The position numbers and the translations under genes are program-made. DNA of 29,921 bases from a virus (Duplodnaviria; Caudoviricetes). The notes below the pieces were generated by a model. The model was not told the DNA's origin and did not search any database. It saw nothing but the letters and a program-made list of their open reading frames with translations. Each line of letters opens with the position of its first letter. The stretch's first letter is position 1. Where the stretch lies: positions 1 through 29,921 of IMG/VR virus record IMGVR_UViG_3300007517_000025, one strand, 5' to 3'. Shown here piece after piece: positions 6,564 through 15,265 of the stretch.

Positions 6564-8228
6564 CTATTCTATAAAGTGAGCTGAGTTAGTGCCGTTTTGA
6601 TGCCAGAACGTATTAACGACTGTCGCATATTCGTGAAGATTCCCTGCGCCAGAAGCATTGTTATCATAACTACCAAACACACCCAAAAACTTACCGTAAG
6701 GATCGTTGACGATAAATCCTTGAGCGTTATATCCAATTACGCAAAGAATATGCCCACTTCCCGTGAAATCACCGTGAATTACAACGGGTTTACCTTTGTC
6801 AAGATGCTTCCTTATTTCATCGTCGGTCGCCACTCCGTTGTGGTTATCTTTTTTTCCGTACTTCTCTACGATCGTCACCATTACCGACATTGTTCCCGGA
6901 TGCTGCCCGGACGCTAGTAATTGTTCATAAATCGCATCTTCAAACTGACCAGAACCCGTGTGTTTGACACCTAAAAATTCTAATGCCATCGCCAAACTTG
7001 TCGCGTTGCAAGCGCCAGTAGGATTAAAAGCGTTGTCTAGTTGAGATTTATAAGGAACCCCTAATCTAACTTCGCCGGCAATTTTCGTGACTTGTCCGGG
7101 TTGACCTACTGTTGCGTTGCTATCACCCGCTTTAGGGGATAAACCCTGCGCGTCAAATAAAAATGCTCTTGCTTCGGCGGCTTTCGGATCTGGACGCTTG
7201 GCTTTCACGATCGCCTGCACAGTCTCAGTTAACGGTAAAAACGTCACTTCATCGACTGTATAAACACCGTCGAGTTCCTTAGACACACCTTTCAATTCAA
7301 AGGTTTTTTGTGCTTCTAAGTCTAATATTTTCGGATCTGCCGCGCAGTCGAGTACAGCATAAAACTCATGTGAATTCATGCGATCGCGCGCATGAAGGTT
7401 TAATGCGTAGGCAAGAATGTCGGCCTGACCTTGAACGCCTGTTGCAACTACAGTTCTTGACTGCCCACCACCAGTGTCAGCGTCGCTCGCACCGTAGGAC
7501 ACGCCCATGTTGATCGCCCCAGTGCTTTTAACACCTTGCGTGATTCGTTGCAAGCCTCTTTGTACGGCGGCCATATAAACCGCGTAACCGTGAGTGCCTC
7601 CGTTGACTATTCGGCGAACCTTGTCCCAGTCTCCAGCATCGGCTGCCTTATCGACTGCGTTGTGCTTCCAGAACCATGTCATCGTTTTTGAAGCAATCTC
7701 CGGTTGCAAAACCAGCTCTGGTTTATTAACCAACTGATCACCCATCCCTATACCTTTTCCCGCATCCCGATAATTGTAGTCGTGCGTTAACTGGATATAA
7801 CCTCTGCCAAAATAATTTGCGCCGCCACCATACGGTCGGCCACCGTTAGCTCCGCTTGCGTTGTTTCTCCCGTCTATTTCTTCAATTGGATTGAACGGAT
7901 CTATTTCTGTCTCGACGTGAATCGTTGCAAGTATGCTGATTAAAACATTTTTTGAAGTTAATCCAGCTTTTGCCAGCTCCTCAATAATATTTGGCAAGTT
8001 CTTCGCAACCATATCCCTTTTTGCGGTAGGACAGACAAAAAGGCAGTCCTCAACCGCTGGATACTGTTTTTCCTCTGGTTTCGCGGGTGCGGTTGCTGTG
8101 CTTCCAGTAGTGGGCGCACCTGGTGTGGCAGTAGTTCCCGCAGCAGGCGTTGTCGTCGGCTTTGTTGGATCTGCGATCGTTGTTTGAGGGGCGATCGGGT
8201 TGCTAGTTGTCGGTTTTGTTTCAGCCAT
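6564..8228 (-). CDS. Tail-associated hydrolase: GH19 lysozyme + gpD-like hub C-terminal part + C39-like peptidase
   Basis: ILATIHVET..YFGRGYIQLTHDYNY..RRIVNGG (GH19); ELKGVSKELDGVYTVDEVTF (gpD tail); VPYKSQLDN..GACNATSLAM..GHILCVIGY..VNDPYG (C39); ATG 8228 coupled to the upstream stop (TGATG). Confidence 0.85.
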   Translation of the reverse strand: MAETKPTTSNPIAPQTTIADPTKPTTTPAAGTTATPGAPTTGSTATAPAKPEEKQYPAVEDCLFVCPTAKRDMVAKNLPNIIEELAKAGLTSKNVLISILATIHVETEIDPFNPIEEIDGRNNASGANGGRPYGGGANYFGRGYIQLTHDYNYRDAGKGIGMGDQLVNKPELVLQPEIASKTMTWFWKHNAVDKAADAGDWDKVRRIVNGGTHGYAVYMAAVQRGLQRITQGVKSTGAINMGVSYGASDADTGGGQSRTVVATGVQGQADILAYALNLHARDRMNSHEFYAVLDCAADPKILDLEAQKTFELKGVSKELDGVYTVDEVTFLPLTETVQAIVKAKRPDPKAAEARAFLFDAQGLSPKAGDSNATVGQPGQVTKIAGEVRLGVPYKSQLDNAFNPTGACNATSLAMALEFLGVKHTGSGQFEDAIYEQLLASGQHPGTMSVMVTIVEKYGKKDNHNGVATDDEIRKHLDKGKPVVIHGDFTGSGHILCVIGYNAQGFIVNDPYGKFLGVFGSYDNNASGAGNLHEYATVVNTFWHQNGTNSAHFIE

Positions 8229-10054
8229 CAGAACAACCCCGTAGAAGTGTAGCTGAGGTGACTGTACGGCCAACGTCGTTTTGGTGGAGGTATCAAATCG
8301 ACGTGCATAAATTCACCTGTAGGGCTACCTGCCGGACTAATAGCAACGCCGTGATCCCAAGAAGCGTCTAACTTGTCATAGAATTTCATATATCCTTCAA
8401 ACCAGCAGTCAACGGCAGAGCCATGTGTGTGCGTGCCGTCCGCCCCACTGCTGGCGACTTGTATGTTATACCAGCTCGGTCTAAACCAAGAAGTTATTTC
8501 CCACCTTGTCCCTCCGGTTTCCGCTGTCCATTGAGTGAGGTACTGCGACATCTTGACCGCGCCTTCTATGTGTTCTGGCTTCAACTCAGGCACAAACTTA
8601 CCTTGCCTAGTCATATCGCCCCAAGTATAAGGACAGCCTGGAGAGAGTGGATCTGCTAATTTGATATCTCCTTTACTGGGGATTTTTACGATGCCAGTAG
8701 GATGCTGTGCCGGCTTTCCTGTGGTGGCGACCGTCGCACCATTTACCGTTTTTTGCTCGATGTTAGGTGACACGACTGTTATTGCACCCTGCCCAGAAGA
8801 AAGTTGCAACGGCGATCTCTTGGTAATTTCCGGTCGCCCGATAAACACTGCGCGGTTGTTGGCGTAATCTAGGATCACTCCCGAAGGTTCTCCTTGACCA
8901 GGCCCAACTTGTTTCATCGTGTCCCCATTTGGAACGACAATCACATCTCCTTGGAGGATCGCTTCGAGCGCTGCTGCGTGACCCTTTCCAGCGCCAAGAA
9001 GCACTTCACCACCCTTAGATCCGTTAAAATCCGTAATGTTTTGGAATTTTAGTCGAGAATCACCAGCGCCTCCGGTAAATGACAACCGTTCTGCTGTGGA
9101 ATAGTTTAATTTATCGCCCGCAGCAAGTGCGCTCGTCTCCTTCACTTTGTCCATCAACTTGTCAAAACTAGGAGACTGACCTTTGAAGGTTGCCTGAAAT
9201 TTTCCTTCTTCTTTTGGTTCCGCAGTTGTCTTTTCTTGTGGCTTAACTGGAGAAAGATCCGGCTTCTCTTCTTCAGGTTTCGTTGACGAACCGCTTCCAA
9301 ATTTTAATGTTTTCTTCTCGCCTGCGGCTTTTTTCGGATCTGCCAGTGCTTCCGCTACTTTCTTTGGGTCTGTCTTCCCTTTCTTAAGCGCAAGCGCCAG
9401 TTTGTGTGGGTCTATCTTTTCTGATTCTGGACGCTCTAATTCCGAAGGTTTTTCTGCTGCTGAATTTGTAGCATTCGTACTCCCTTTAAGACTGGCAGAA
9501 GGATCGACAATCATTATTACTGTGGTGTCCGGCGGAATGCGCCCGATCGACCAAATCTTTCCTTTTAATTTTGTGCGTTTTTCACCGTCAGCGAATCCGA
9601 TAATCACTTCACAATCTGACTGATCGCTCGTATTTTTCAAGATTTCTTCGTCGAGGTCGTTAAGTAAAATGCGAGCATGAGAATACTGTCGCGTTGCCGA
9701 AACTACCTTGGGGCTTCCAAGAAAATCGCCGTCTAAGTTTGTGTAGGTTTTGTTGGCGATTTTTACTTCGTTGTAAGTTTTATATCGAGGCCCTGGAGGC
9801 GGATCGTTACTAGCGCCTACAGCCGTGCCTGTAGATTCTGACATCTCCAGCTTGCCGAGATAGATCGCGTTGTCGCTCTGTACAGCCTTGAGTTGTTCCG
9901 GTGTCATCGACGCGAAGCGATCCGCTTTCCCTACTTTGGGATTTGCCAACTCAACTCCGGGATTTGGCTTCTTTGCTGGTTCCTCACCTGGCTTGATAGG
10001 CTCGGTTTTAGCGGTAACAATTGGAATAGGGGGCTTTACTGTAGGGTCTGCCAT
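8228..10054 (-). CDS. Baseplate hub/late control D-like N-terminal part with C-terminal M15A peptidase
   Basis: ARILLND...CEVIIGF...KGKI (gpD-like); ITSWFRPSWYN...THTHGSAVD...FMHVD (peptidase M15A Zn ligands). Confidence 0.75.
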   Translation of the reverse strand: MADPTVKPPIPIVTAKTEPIKPGEEPAKKPNPGVELANPKVGKADRFASMTPEQLKAVQSDNAIYLGKLEMSESTGTAVGASNDPPPGPRYKTYNEVKIANKTYTNLDGDFLGSPKVVSATRQYSHARILLNDLDEEILKNTSDQSDCEVIIGFADGEKRTKLKGKIWSIGRIPPDTTVIMIVDPSASLKGSTNATNSAAEKPSELERPESEKIDPHKLALALKKGKTDPKKVAEALADPKKAAGEKKTLKFGSGSSTKPEEEKPDLSPVKPQEKTTAEPKEEGKFQATFKGQSPSFDKLMDKVKETSALAAGDKLNYSTAERLSFTGGAGDSRLKFQNITDFNGSKGGEVLLGAGKGHAAALEAILQGDVIVVPNGDTMKQVGPGQGEPSGVILDYANNRAVFIGRPEITKRSPLQLSSGQGAITVVSPNIEQKTVNGATVATTGKPAQHPTGIVKIPSKGDIKLADPLSPGCPYTWGDMTRQGKFVPELKPEHIEGAVKMSQYLTQWTAETGGTRWEITSWFRPSWYNIQVASSGADGTHTHGSAVDCWFEGYMKFYDKLDASWDHGVAISPAGSPTGEFMHVDLIPPPKRRWPYSHLSYTSTGLF

Positions 10055-10060
10055 ATGAAT

Positions 10061-10093
10061 AAAAAAGACGCCCACTGATTAATGTGGACGCCT
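10061..10093 (-). terminator. Terminator-like hairpin just upstream of the hub gene start
   Basis: Minus strand reads AGGCGTCCAC-loop-GTGGGCGTCT then TTTTT, followed by ATTCATATG. Confidence 0.5.
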
Positions 10094-10242
10094 GTTGAGG
10101 GTGCATCTAAAGAAACTTGAGGTTGCGGGCGATCGGCCCGCTGACTAAATTCTACTCCGATCGCCCGCCCAACGCTCTAGTTTGTACCTGAATCAACAAC
10201 CGATCGCCTACAGCATGGTGAAAAAAATACGCAATGAACAAC

Positions 10243-10419
10243 ATTGTTTAAAACTCGTGGACAGTACCAACTCCTTACCCTGTAACTGTTTTAAGAATTC
10301 TGGACACTTACTCGTGGACACTGATGTTACATTGTGAAATTGTTTAAAACTGGTTGACAGTCCCTAATCCACACACTGTAACGAGTTTAAGAATTCTGGA
10401 CAACAACTGGTTGACAGTG
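10243..10419. repeat. Degenerate 96-bp-period tandem duplication with iteron-like TGGACA/TTGACA boxes
   Basis: ATTGTTTAAAAC at 10243 and 10339; TTTAAGAATTCTGGACA at 10290 and 10386; ACTCGTGGACA x2 and ACTGGTTGACAG x2. Confidence 0.75.
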
Positions 10420-10677
10420 CTTCGATGCGTTTGTTAAGCACAAGGCGGGAGATAGTGGATTGGGATACCCGGTCAAAATAGCAAGGCCAGGATAAAAAGA
10501 CTAATGCTAGGAATGGGGCGGATTGTTTGTTTTTAGTCCGCCCCTTTTTGTGCGAGTAAGTTATTTGTGCAAGTACGTCGGGAGCTTGCGCGATCGGGTA
10601 TAATAAAAAAATCCCTCGTGGGTTGATGCTGTAAACATCGAAGCCCCAGGGATAGTGACCTTTACGAACAGATCACA

Positions 10678-10737
10678 ATGACTAATTTAACAGAATTTCA
10701 GTTTAATACTCGGCAAGTCCGAGTAATTACCATTGAC
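10678..10737 (+). pseudogene. Bro-N gene 5' fragment truncated by IS200/IS605
   Basis: MTNLTEFQFNTRQVRVITID closely matches the N-terminus of the Bro-N ORF at 13831 and ends at TTGAC, where the IS begins. Confidence 0.75.
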
Positions 10738-10862
10738 CGAAGAGCGAGACGCAAGCCCCTGGCTTTAGATACGGGGAAAAGTCGGCAGCGGTTTCAACCG
10801 CCTTGAATATTTCTTTACATTTCAATACGCAATATACAGATTCGTTCGTGTATACTGTGGGC

Positions 10863-11261
10863 ATGAAAGTAAAACTCAGATCCAATGCCAATGTAATATA
10901 CTCTTGTAACTACCATATTGTTTGGTGTCCTAAGTATCGTAGGTCTGTGTTGATTAACGGTGTAGATATTCGCCTGAAATCGATTCTACAAGAAGTCTGT
11001 GCTGAATTCAATGCCGAGTTACTAGAAATGGAAGTCATGTCAGACCACGTCCACATTTTGGTAGGAGTAGACCCACAATTCGGAATCGCAAAATTAATCA
11101 GATACCTGAAAGGGCGTTCATCTCGACTGTTGAGACAAGAATTTCCTTGGTTAAAAAGCCGACTACCAACTCTTTGGACAAATAGTTATTTCGTTGCAAC
11201 GGTTGGTGGTGCACCGTTATCCGTCGTTAAGCAGTATATCGAGAATCAAAAAAATGTCTAA
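10863..11261 (+). CDS. tnpA: IS200/IS605 Y1 (HUH) transposase
   Basis: YHIVWCPKYRR, DHVHIL (HUH), KGRSS, LWTNSYFV, YIENQ. Confidence 0.95.
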   Translation: MKVKLRSNANVIYSCNYHIVWCPKYRRSVLINGVDIRLKSILQEVCAEFNAELLEMEVMSDHVHILVGVDPQFGIAKLIRYLKGRSSRLLRQEFPWLKSRLPTLWTNSYFVATVGGAPLSVVKQYIENQKNV

Positions 11262-12522
11262 TTACGGATGCCAGCAAAACTTAATTAGTCCCGATTCTAG
11301 TCTGAAGGCGATTTTAGAGTTTGTATGTGGTGAATCAAATAAGTTGGCGAATTGTGCGCTGTACTATGGTCGTCAGTTGTATTTCAAGACTGGTAAGATT
11401 CCTGGAAAATATGATTTCCATAAAATGTTCAAATCAAATTTGCATTTTAAAGCTCTGTATTCTCATGTCGCGCAGCAAACTTTAACCAGCGTCGCCGAAT
11501 CTTTTAGTTCGTACATTGGGCTACTAAAAGGAATTAAATCTGGGACTGTCACACAGCATCCAAGATTGCCGGGATACAGAAAAGATTCTCTGAAATTAGT
11601 AACATTCCCCAAAGCTGATGTCAAATTCAAAAACGGACTACTACGCTTTCCGTTGGGTAGCAAGGTCAAGCTTTGGTTTGGAGTTGGGGAATTCTTTTTG
11701 CCGATGCCATCAAATTTGGATTACAAGAAATTGATTGAAATTCGGATTCTCCCCAGGAATCGCTGTTTTTATGCCGAATTTGTGTATCGAACAGAGGAAT
11801 CGGCTGTAGATGTTAGTCCAGGTCGTGTACTGGGATTAGACCACGGAATTAATAACTGGTTGACAGGAGTATCCAATGTGGGAACTTCTTTCATTATTGA
11901 TGGGCTACACCTAAAGTCCTTGAATCAATGGTACAACAAGCGAATCTCTGTCTTGAAAAAGAATCAACCCCAAGGTTTCTGGTCAAATCAATTAGCCAGG
12001 ATTACCGAGAAAAGGAATAGACAAATTAGAGATGCAGTAAACAAAGCAGCGAGAATTGTAATTAACCACTGCCTTAAAAATCAAATAGAGACAGTAGTTT
12101 TCGGGTGGAATAAAGATCAGAAACAACGTGCAAATATGGGTAAAAAGACTAATCAAAAATTCGTACAAATTCCCACGGGTAGACTGAAAGACAGGATATC
12201 TCAGTTATGCCAACAGTATGGAATTAAGTTTGTAGAAACCGAAGAAGCATATACTTCAAAAGCCAGTTTTCTCGATAATGATTCACTACCTAAGTTCGGT
12301 GAAAAACCTGAAGGGTGGAAAGAATCAGGGAAAAGAGTAACTCGCGGACTGTATCGTTCAGCAGATGGTACAAAAATCAATGCCGATTGCAACGGCGCAG
12401 CCAATATTATCAAAAAAGTAGGGGTAAAACTGGGATTGAATCTTAGTGGAATCAGTAGTGGCGACTTGATAGCGCCTTTGAAAATCCGACTCTGGACTCT
12501 TCAAGAATCCCCTCGCCTTTAG
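11254..12522 (+). CDS. tnpB: RNA-guided endonuclease TnpB
   Basis: RuvC-I GLDHGINN, VVFGWN, EEAYTSK, RuvC-III NADCNGAANI; ATG overlaps the tnpA 3' end. Confidence 0.93.
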   Translation: MSNYGCQQNLISPDSSLKAILEFVCGESNKLANCALYYGRQLYFKTGKIPGKYDFHKMFKSNLHFKALYSHVAQQTLTSVAESFSSYIGLLKGIKSGTVTQHPRLPGYRKDSLKLVTFPKADVKFKNGLLRFPLGSKVKLWFGVGEFFLPMPSNLDYKKLIEIRILPRNRCFYAEFVYRTEESAVDVSPGRVLGLDHGINNWLTGVSNVGTSFIIDGLHLKSLNQWYNKRISVLKKNQPQGFWSNQLARITEKRNRQIRDAVNKAARIVINHCLKNQIETVVFGWNKDQKQRANMGKKTNQKFVQIPTGRLKDRISQLCQQYGIKFVETEEAYTSKASFLDNDSLPKFGEKPEGWKESGKRVTRGLYRSADGTKINADCNGAANIIKKVGVKLGLNLSGISSGDLIAPLKIRLWTLQESPRL

Positions 12523-12577
12523 GCATGGGGAGTATCAAACGAATATTCCAGCCCGCCTCAAACCTCGCAAAAACATA

Positions 12578-12686
12578 CCGTCGTCACTAAACCTTTAGAG
12601 TTAGTAACTCCAAATTTCTAATTTTTAGAAAATTTTGACAAAAAAGAAAGACTTTTGAGGAATACCTAAAGATTTAGTGACGACGG
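12578..12686. repeat. 21-bp inverted repeat (1 mismatch) around a 67-bp AT-rich spacer
   Basis: CCGTCGTCACTAAACCTTTAG (12578-12598) / CTAAAGATTTAGTGACGACGG (12666-12686). Confidence 0.85.
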
Positions 12687-12701
12687 GGTTGGCGTACCGA
12701 G

Positions 12702-13133
12702 TTGGGCGATGGTATGGTCGGAGCAGGCTACTTCAGCACCGCAGATCCAAAGACATTAACCTTTATTGAGGGTCAACTTAAATCTATGCTATCTGAAATG
12801 TTTCGGTTATTACCAACAGTTATACTTGTCCAAGTGTATAACGCTGCAATTGAAAACCTCAAGAGAAGAGGTTGTTTGTGTCTTTGTGACACGGAGAACG
12901 AAGTGTCTATGTCGCAATACAAATTGTGTACAATTAAGGTTGAAGCGATCCGAAACGAAAGTTACACGTGCATACACTCAATATATTTTGGTGATATATT
13001 GTTGTGCGAGGGTGGTGATTCCTGCTTTACTATGGGACAGTCTAAGACTCAGGCGCGTGAATGGATCGACAACCAAGAAGCATTGGTTGATGGTAGCTTA
13101 AAGATGTTAAAAAGGGAGTTAAATTTAGAGTAA
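12702..13133 (+). CDS. Hypothetical protein (start uncertain; may begin at ATG 12909)
   Basis: Open frame ending before a strong terminator; no recognisable domain. Confidence 0.4.
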   Translation: MGDGMVGAGYFSTADPKTLTFIEGQLKSMLSEMFRLLPTVILVQVYNAAIENLKRRGCLCLCDTENEVSMSQYKLCTIKVEAIRNESYTCIHSIYFGDILLCEGGDSCFTMGQSKTQAREWIDNQEALVDGSLKMLKRELNLE

Positions 13134-13154
13134 ATCGTAGAACTCTATTTTTAC

Positions 13155-13188
13155 TTTTAATAGCTTTCGCCTCCGAAAGCTATTAAAA
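13155..13188. terminator. Bidirectional terminator
   Basis: TTTTAATAGCTTTCG-CCTC-CGAAAGCTATTAAAA. Confidence 0.7.
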
Positions 13189-13408
13189 GACTAAACAAAA
13201 CTGTTGAGCAGTCGGGACGTTTCTACGATTTCTTGTCGATTAAAAGGTGTTGAATTGATTCGGATAAAAGAGACTGAACTCATTACACCTGGCGGGTTAC
13301 AACGTGTTGCACTGATTTCAGAAGACATTATCACAGACTCTATAAAGCGAAAGCTATTCAATGGTTAATTAAGCTACCAACAACTTTAAAACAAAAATAG
13401 GAAAAATT

Positions 13409-13796
13409 ATGACTTTTACAAATGAGCGAAGTGAAGTTTTATTTAAATATCTAGTAGAAGGTATTGATGCGGCTAATATTGTCCATAACCCTGTGAAGAT
13501 AGTTACTCCTCAACAATTACATAACAACGTACTACGAAAATGTTATGAGAGGGGGGACAAATGAACGACTTTATTCTGATAATATCCATTTTCACTCGAT
13601 AGCTTGTAAAAAAAAGAAGGAAACAGAAACAGACGAGAAATTGTTTGCTAAAATTGTATCTGCTTATATCAAATGTCTAAAAGATGCTATACCTACTGGA
13701 GTAGAATTATACTTAGTAAAAGAAGTACAACATCTTATGATACTTTCCCCTGATAGCAAGTTCTATCTATCAACTATCTTAGTGGCTATTGATTAA
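13409..13796 (+). pseudogene. AT-rich hypothetical gene, possibly frameshifted at a G6 run (51-aa ORF + overlapping 83-aa ORF)
   Basis: AGGA RBS and ATG 13409 run to TGA 13564; a second frame is open 13545..13796; the overlap contains GAGAGGGGGGAC. Confidence 0.35.
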
Positions 13797-13830
13797 TTAA
13801 AAGTAAAATTTTGTAATTGAGATTGTTTAT

Positions 13831-14169
13831 ATGACTGATCTAACAGAGTTTGACTTCAATACTCAACAAGTTCGAGTAATTACTATTGAAGGACTGTCTT
13901 GGTTTGTGGCTAAGGATGTTTGTGTCATTCTTGGCATTGCGAACGTCAGTGAAGCGTTGCGCCTCTTAGATGAAGACAAGAAAAGTATTGCTTCTATGTA
14001 CACCAATGGCGGTAATCAAGATATGTCGGTAATTTCAGAGTCTGGAATGCTTGTTCTAGTTTCCTCAAACGAAAAACCAGAGGCTAAAGAGTTCCGCAAG
14101 TGGGTGGCATCTGTAGTCTTTCCTGCCGTATTCCGAACTGACAGTTATTCGATTGAGTGGCTTGATTAA
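13831..14169 (+). CDS. Bro-N domain (antirepressor-like) protein, domain only
   Basis: VRVITIEGLSWFVAKDVC...ISESG...EAKEFRKWV...FPAVFRTDSYS. Confidence 0.85.
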   Translation: MTDLTEFDFNTQQVRVITIEGLSWFVAKDVCVILGIANVSEALRLLDEDKKSIASMYTNGGNQDMSVISESGMLVLVSSNEKPEAKEFRKWVASVVFPAVFRTDSYSIEWLD

Positions 14170-14355
14170 ATGCAAGCCTGGGTACAGATTAGGTGATAGT
14201 TGCGGGCGATCGGGCTACTTCTGAGTATGGATGGCTGAATATGTAGCGATTTTCTGGTGCGAGAGTGCGGGGCTGTGTGATATAATTTAATATTGAGCCG
14301 ACAGGGTGCAGAAACACCCTTTATCATCGGCAGTCCACCTATACAACAGGCGAAC

Positions 14356-14703
14356 ATGACCAATCTAACACGATACGACTTCAATGATCAACAAGTCCGC
14401 GTAATTACTGTTGTTGGGGAGCCTTGGTTTGCAGCCAAGGATGTTTGTGCCATTTTGGATATTGCGAACTTTATGCAAGCGTTGCGTCATCTTGATGAAG
14501 GGCGTCATCTTGATGAAGGCAGAGTAAAACTTATAAGTTTAACCGATACGGTCGGGCGAGAAGAGGTAACGCCAATAATTTCAAAATCTGGGATGTTTAT
14601 CCTTGCACTGGCAAGTCGCGAACCTGGTATTGAAGTTTTTCGCAAGTGGCTGATAAACACGATAGGGAATTGGGAGACTCTAAACAAACAAGAGATAGAG
14701 TAA
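14356..14703 (+). CDS. Bro-N domain protein with internal RHLDEG duplication; C-terminus replaced by IS605-derived sequence
   Basis: Close paralog of 4934..5596 up to FRKWLINT; 18-bp tandem duplication CGTCATCTTGATGAAGG. Confidence 0.8.
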   Translation: MTNLTRYDFNDQQVRVITVVGEPWFAAKDVCAILDIANFMQALRHLDEGRHLDEGRVKLISLTDTVGREEVTPIISKSGMFILALASREPGIEVFRKWLINTIGNWETLNKQEIE

Positions 14704-14772
14704 GACACTTCGGTAGCATCAGTCAGTGAAGTATCAAGAATCACCGCTCCTTTAGGACGGTGAGTATTTCAA
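14660..14772 (+). mobile_element. Orphan IS200/IS605 right end with tnpB 3' tail (putative omega-RNA scaffold)
   Basis: CAAGAATCACCGCTCCTTTAGGACGGTGAGTATTTCAA parallels the intact IS right end CAAGAATCCCCTCGCCTTTAGGCATGGGGAGTATCAA; upstream GAGACTCTAAAC..GTAAGAC..CAGTGAAG resembles tnpB 3' ends. Confidence 0.65.
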
Positions 14773-14792
14773 CCCAAAGACAACTTGATCGC

Positions 14793-14831
14793 AAAAAGCC
14801 CCCGCACTTGATTAAGGAGTGCAGGGCTTTT
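14793..14831. terminator. Bidirectional terminator
   Basis: AAAAAGCCCCCGCACT-loop-AGTGCAGGGCTTTT between convergent ORFs. Confidence 0.7.
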
Positions 14832-14839
14832 GATTTGTG

Positions 14840-14989
14840 TTAATTCACTTGCTTGGGTTTGGGTTTGGTTGTTTGCGGTTGTTGTGGGGTATTAGACGAT
14901 GGAGGGGATGTTGTGTCCGGGCATTGTATTCTTTCACCACGTCGATCGTATGTTTCGATCCAGCGAACATCAGAACTGGTTAAAGGCAT
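14840..14989 (-). CDS. Small 49-aa protein MPLTSSDVRWIETYDRRGERIQCPDTTSPP...KPKQVN
   Basis: Strong AGGAG RBS 6 nt before the ATG; terminator right after the stop; below the ORF-track length cutoff. Confidence 0.5.
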   Translation of the reverse strand: MPLTSSDVRWIETYDRRGERIQCPDTTSPPSSNTPQQPQTTKPKPKQVN

Positions 14990-15265
14990 GATTAACTCCT
15001 ATGTGAAATACCTAACACTAATCTTACGGTATAGTGTAGCCTTCGTGTCTCGTTTTCCGTCATCCTGTTAGACATTAATGAAAGATAATAATTAATTCAG
15101 GAATTCAAGACTGTAAGACTATCACGAACGACACGAAAAGACTCGATAACACTGTCGCTCATGTTCGATAGTTGAGTTGACTTTTGAGCAGTTAACCGTT
15201 TATAATAAGAATATTCAATGTAAGACGGCTTACAAACCAAAACGCTAGTAAAAGGCAAGTAACTG

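Larger units (their letters stand above)
10738..12538 (+). mobile_element. IS200/IS605-family insertion sequence (tnpA + tnpB)
   Basis: TTGAC target (10733-10737); left hairpin CCCCTGGCTTTAGATACGGGG; right hairpin TCCCCTCGCCTTTAGGCATGGGGA followed by GTATCAA; no target-site duplication. Confidence 0.9.

Noticed and set aside
10243-10419. CRISPR array
   Set aside because: Only two degenerate long units, no identical repeats with unique spacers, and no cas genes
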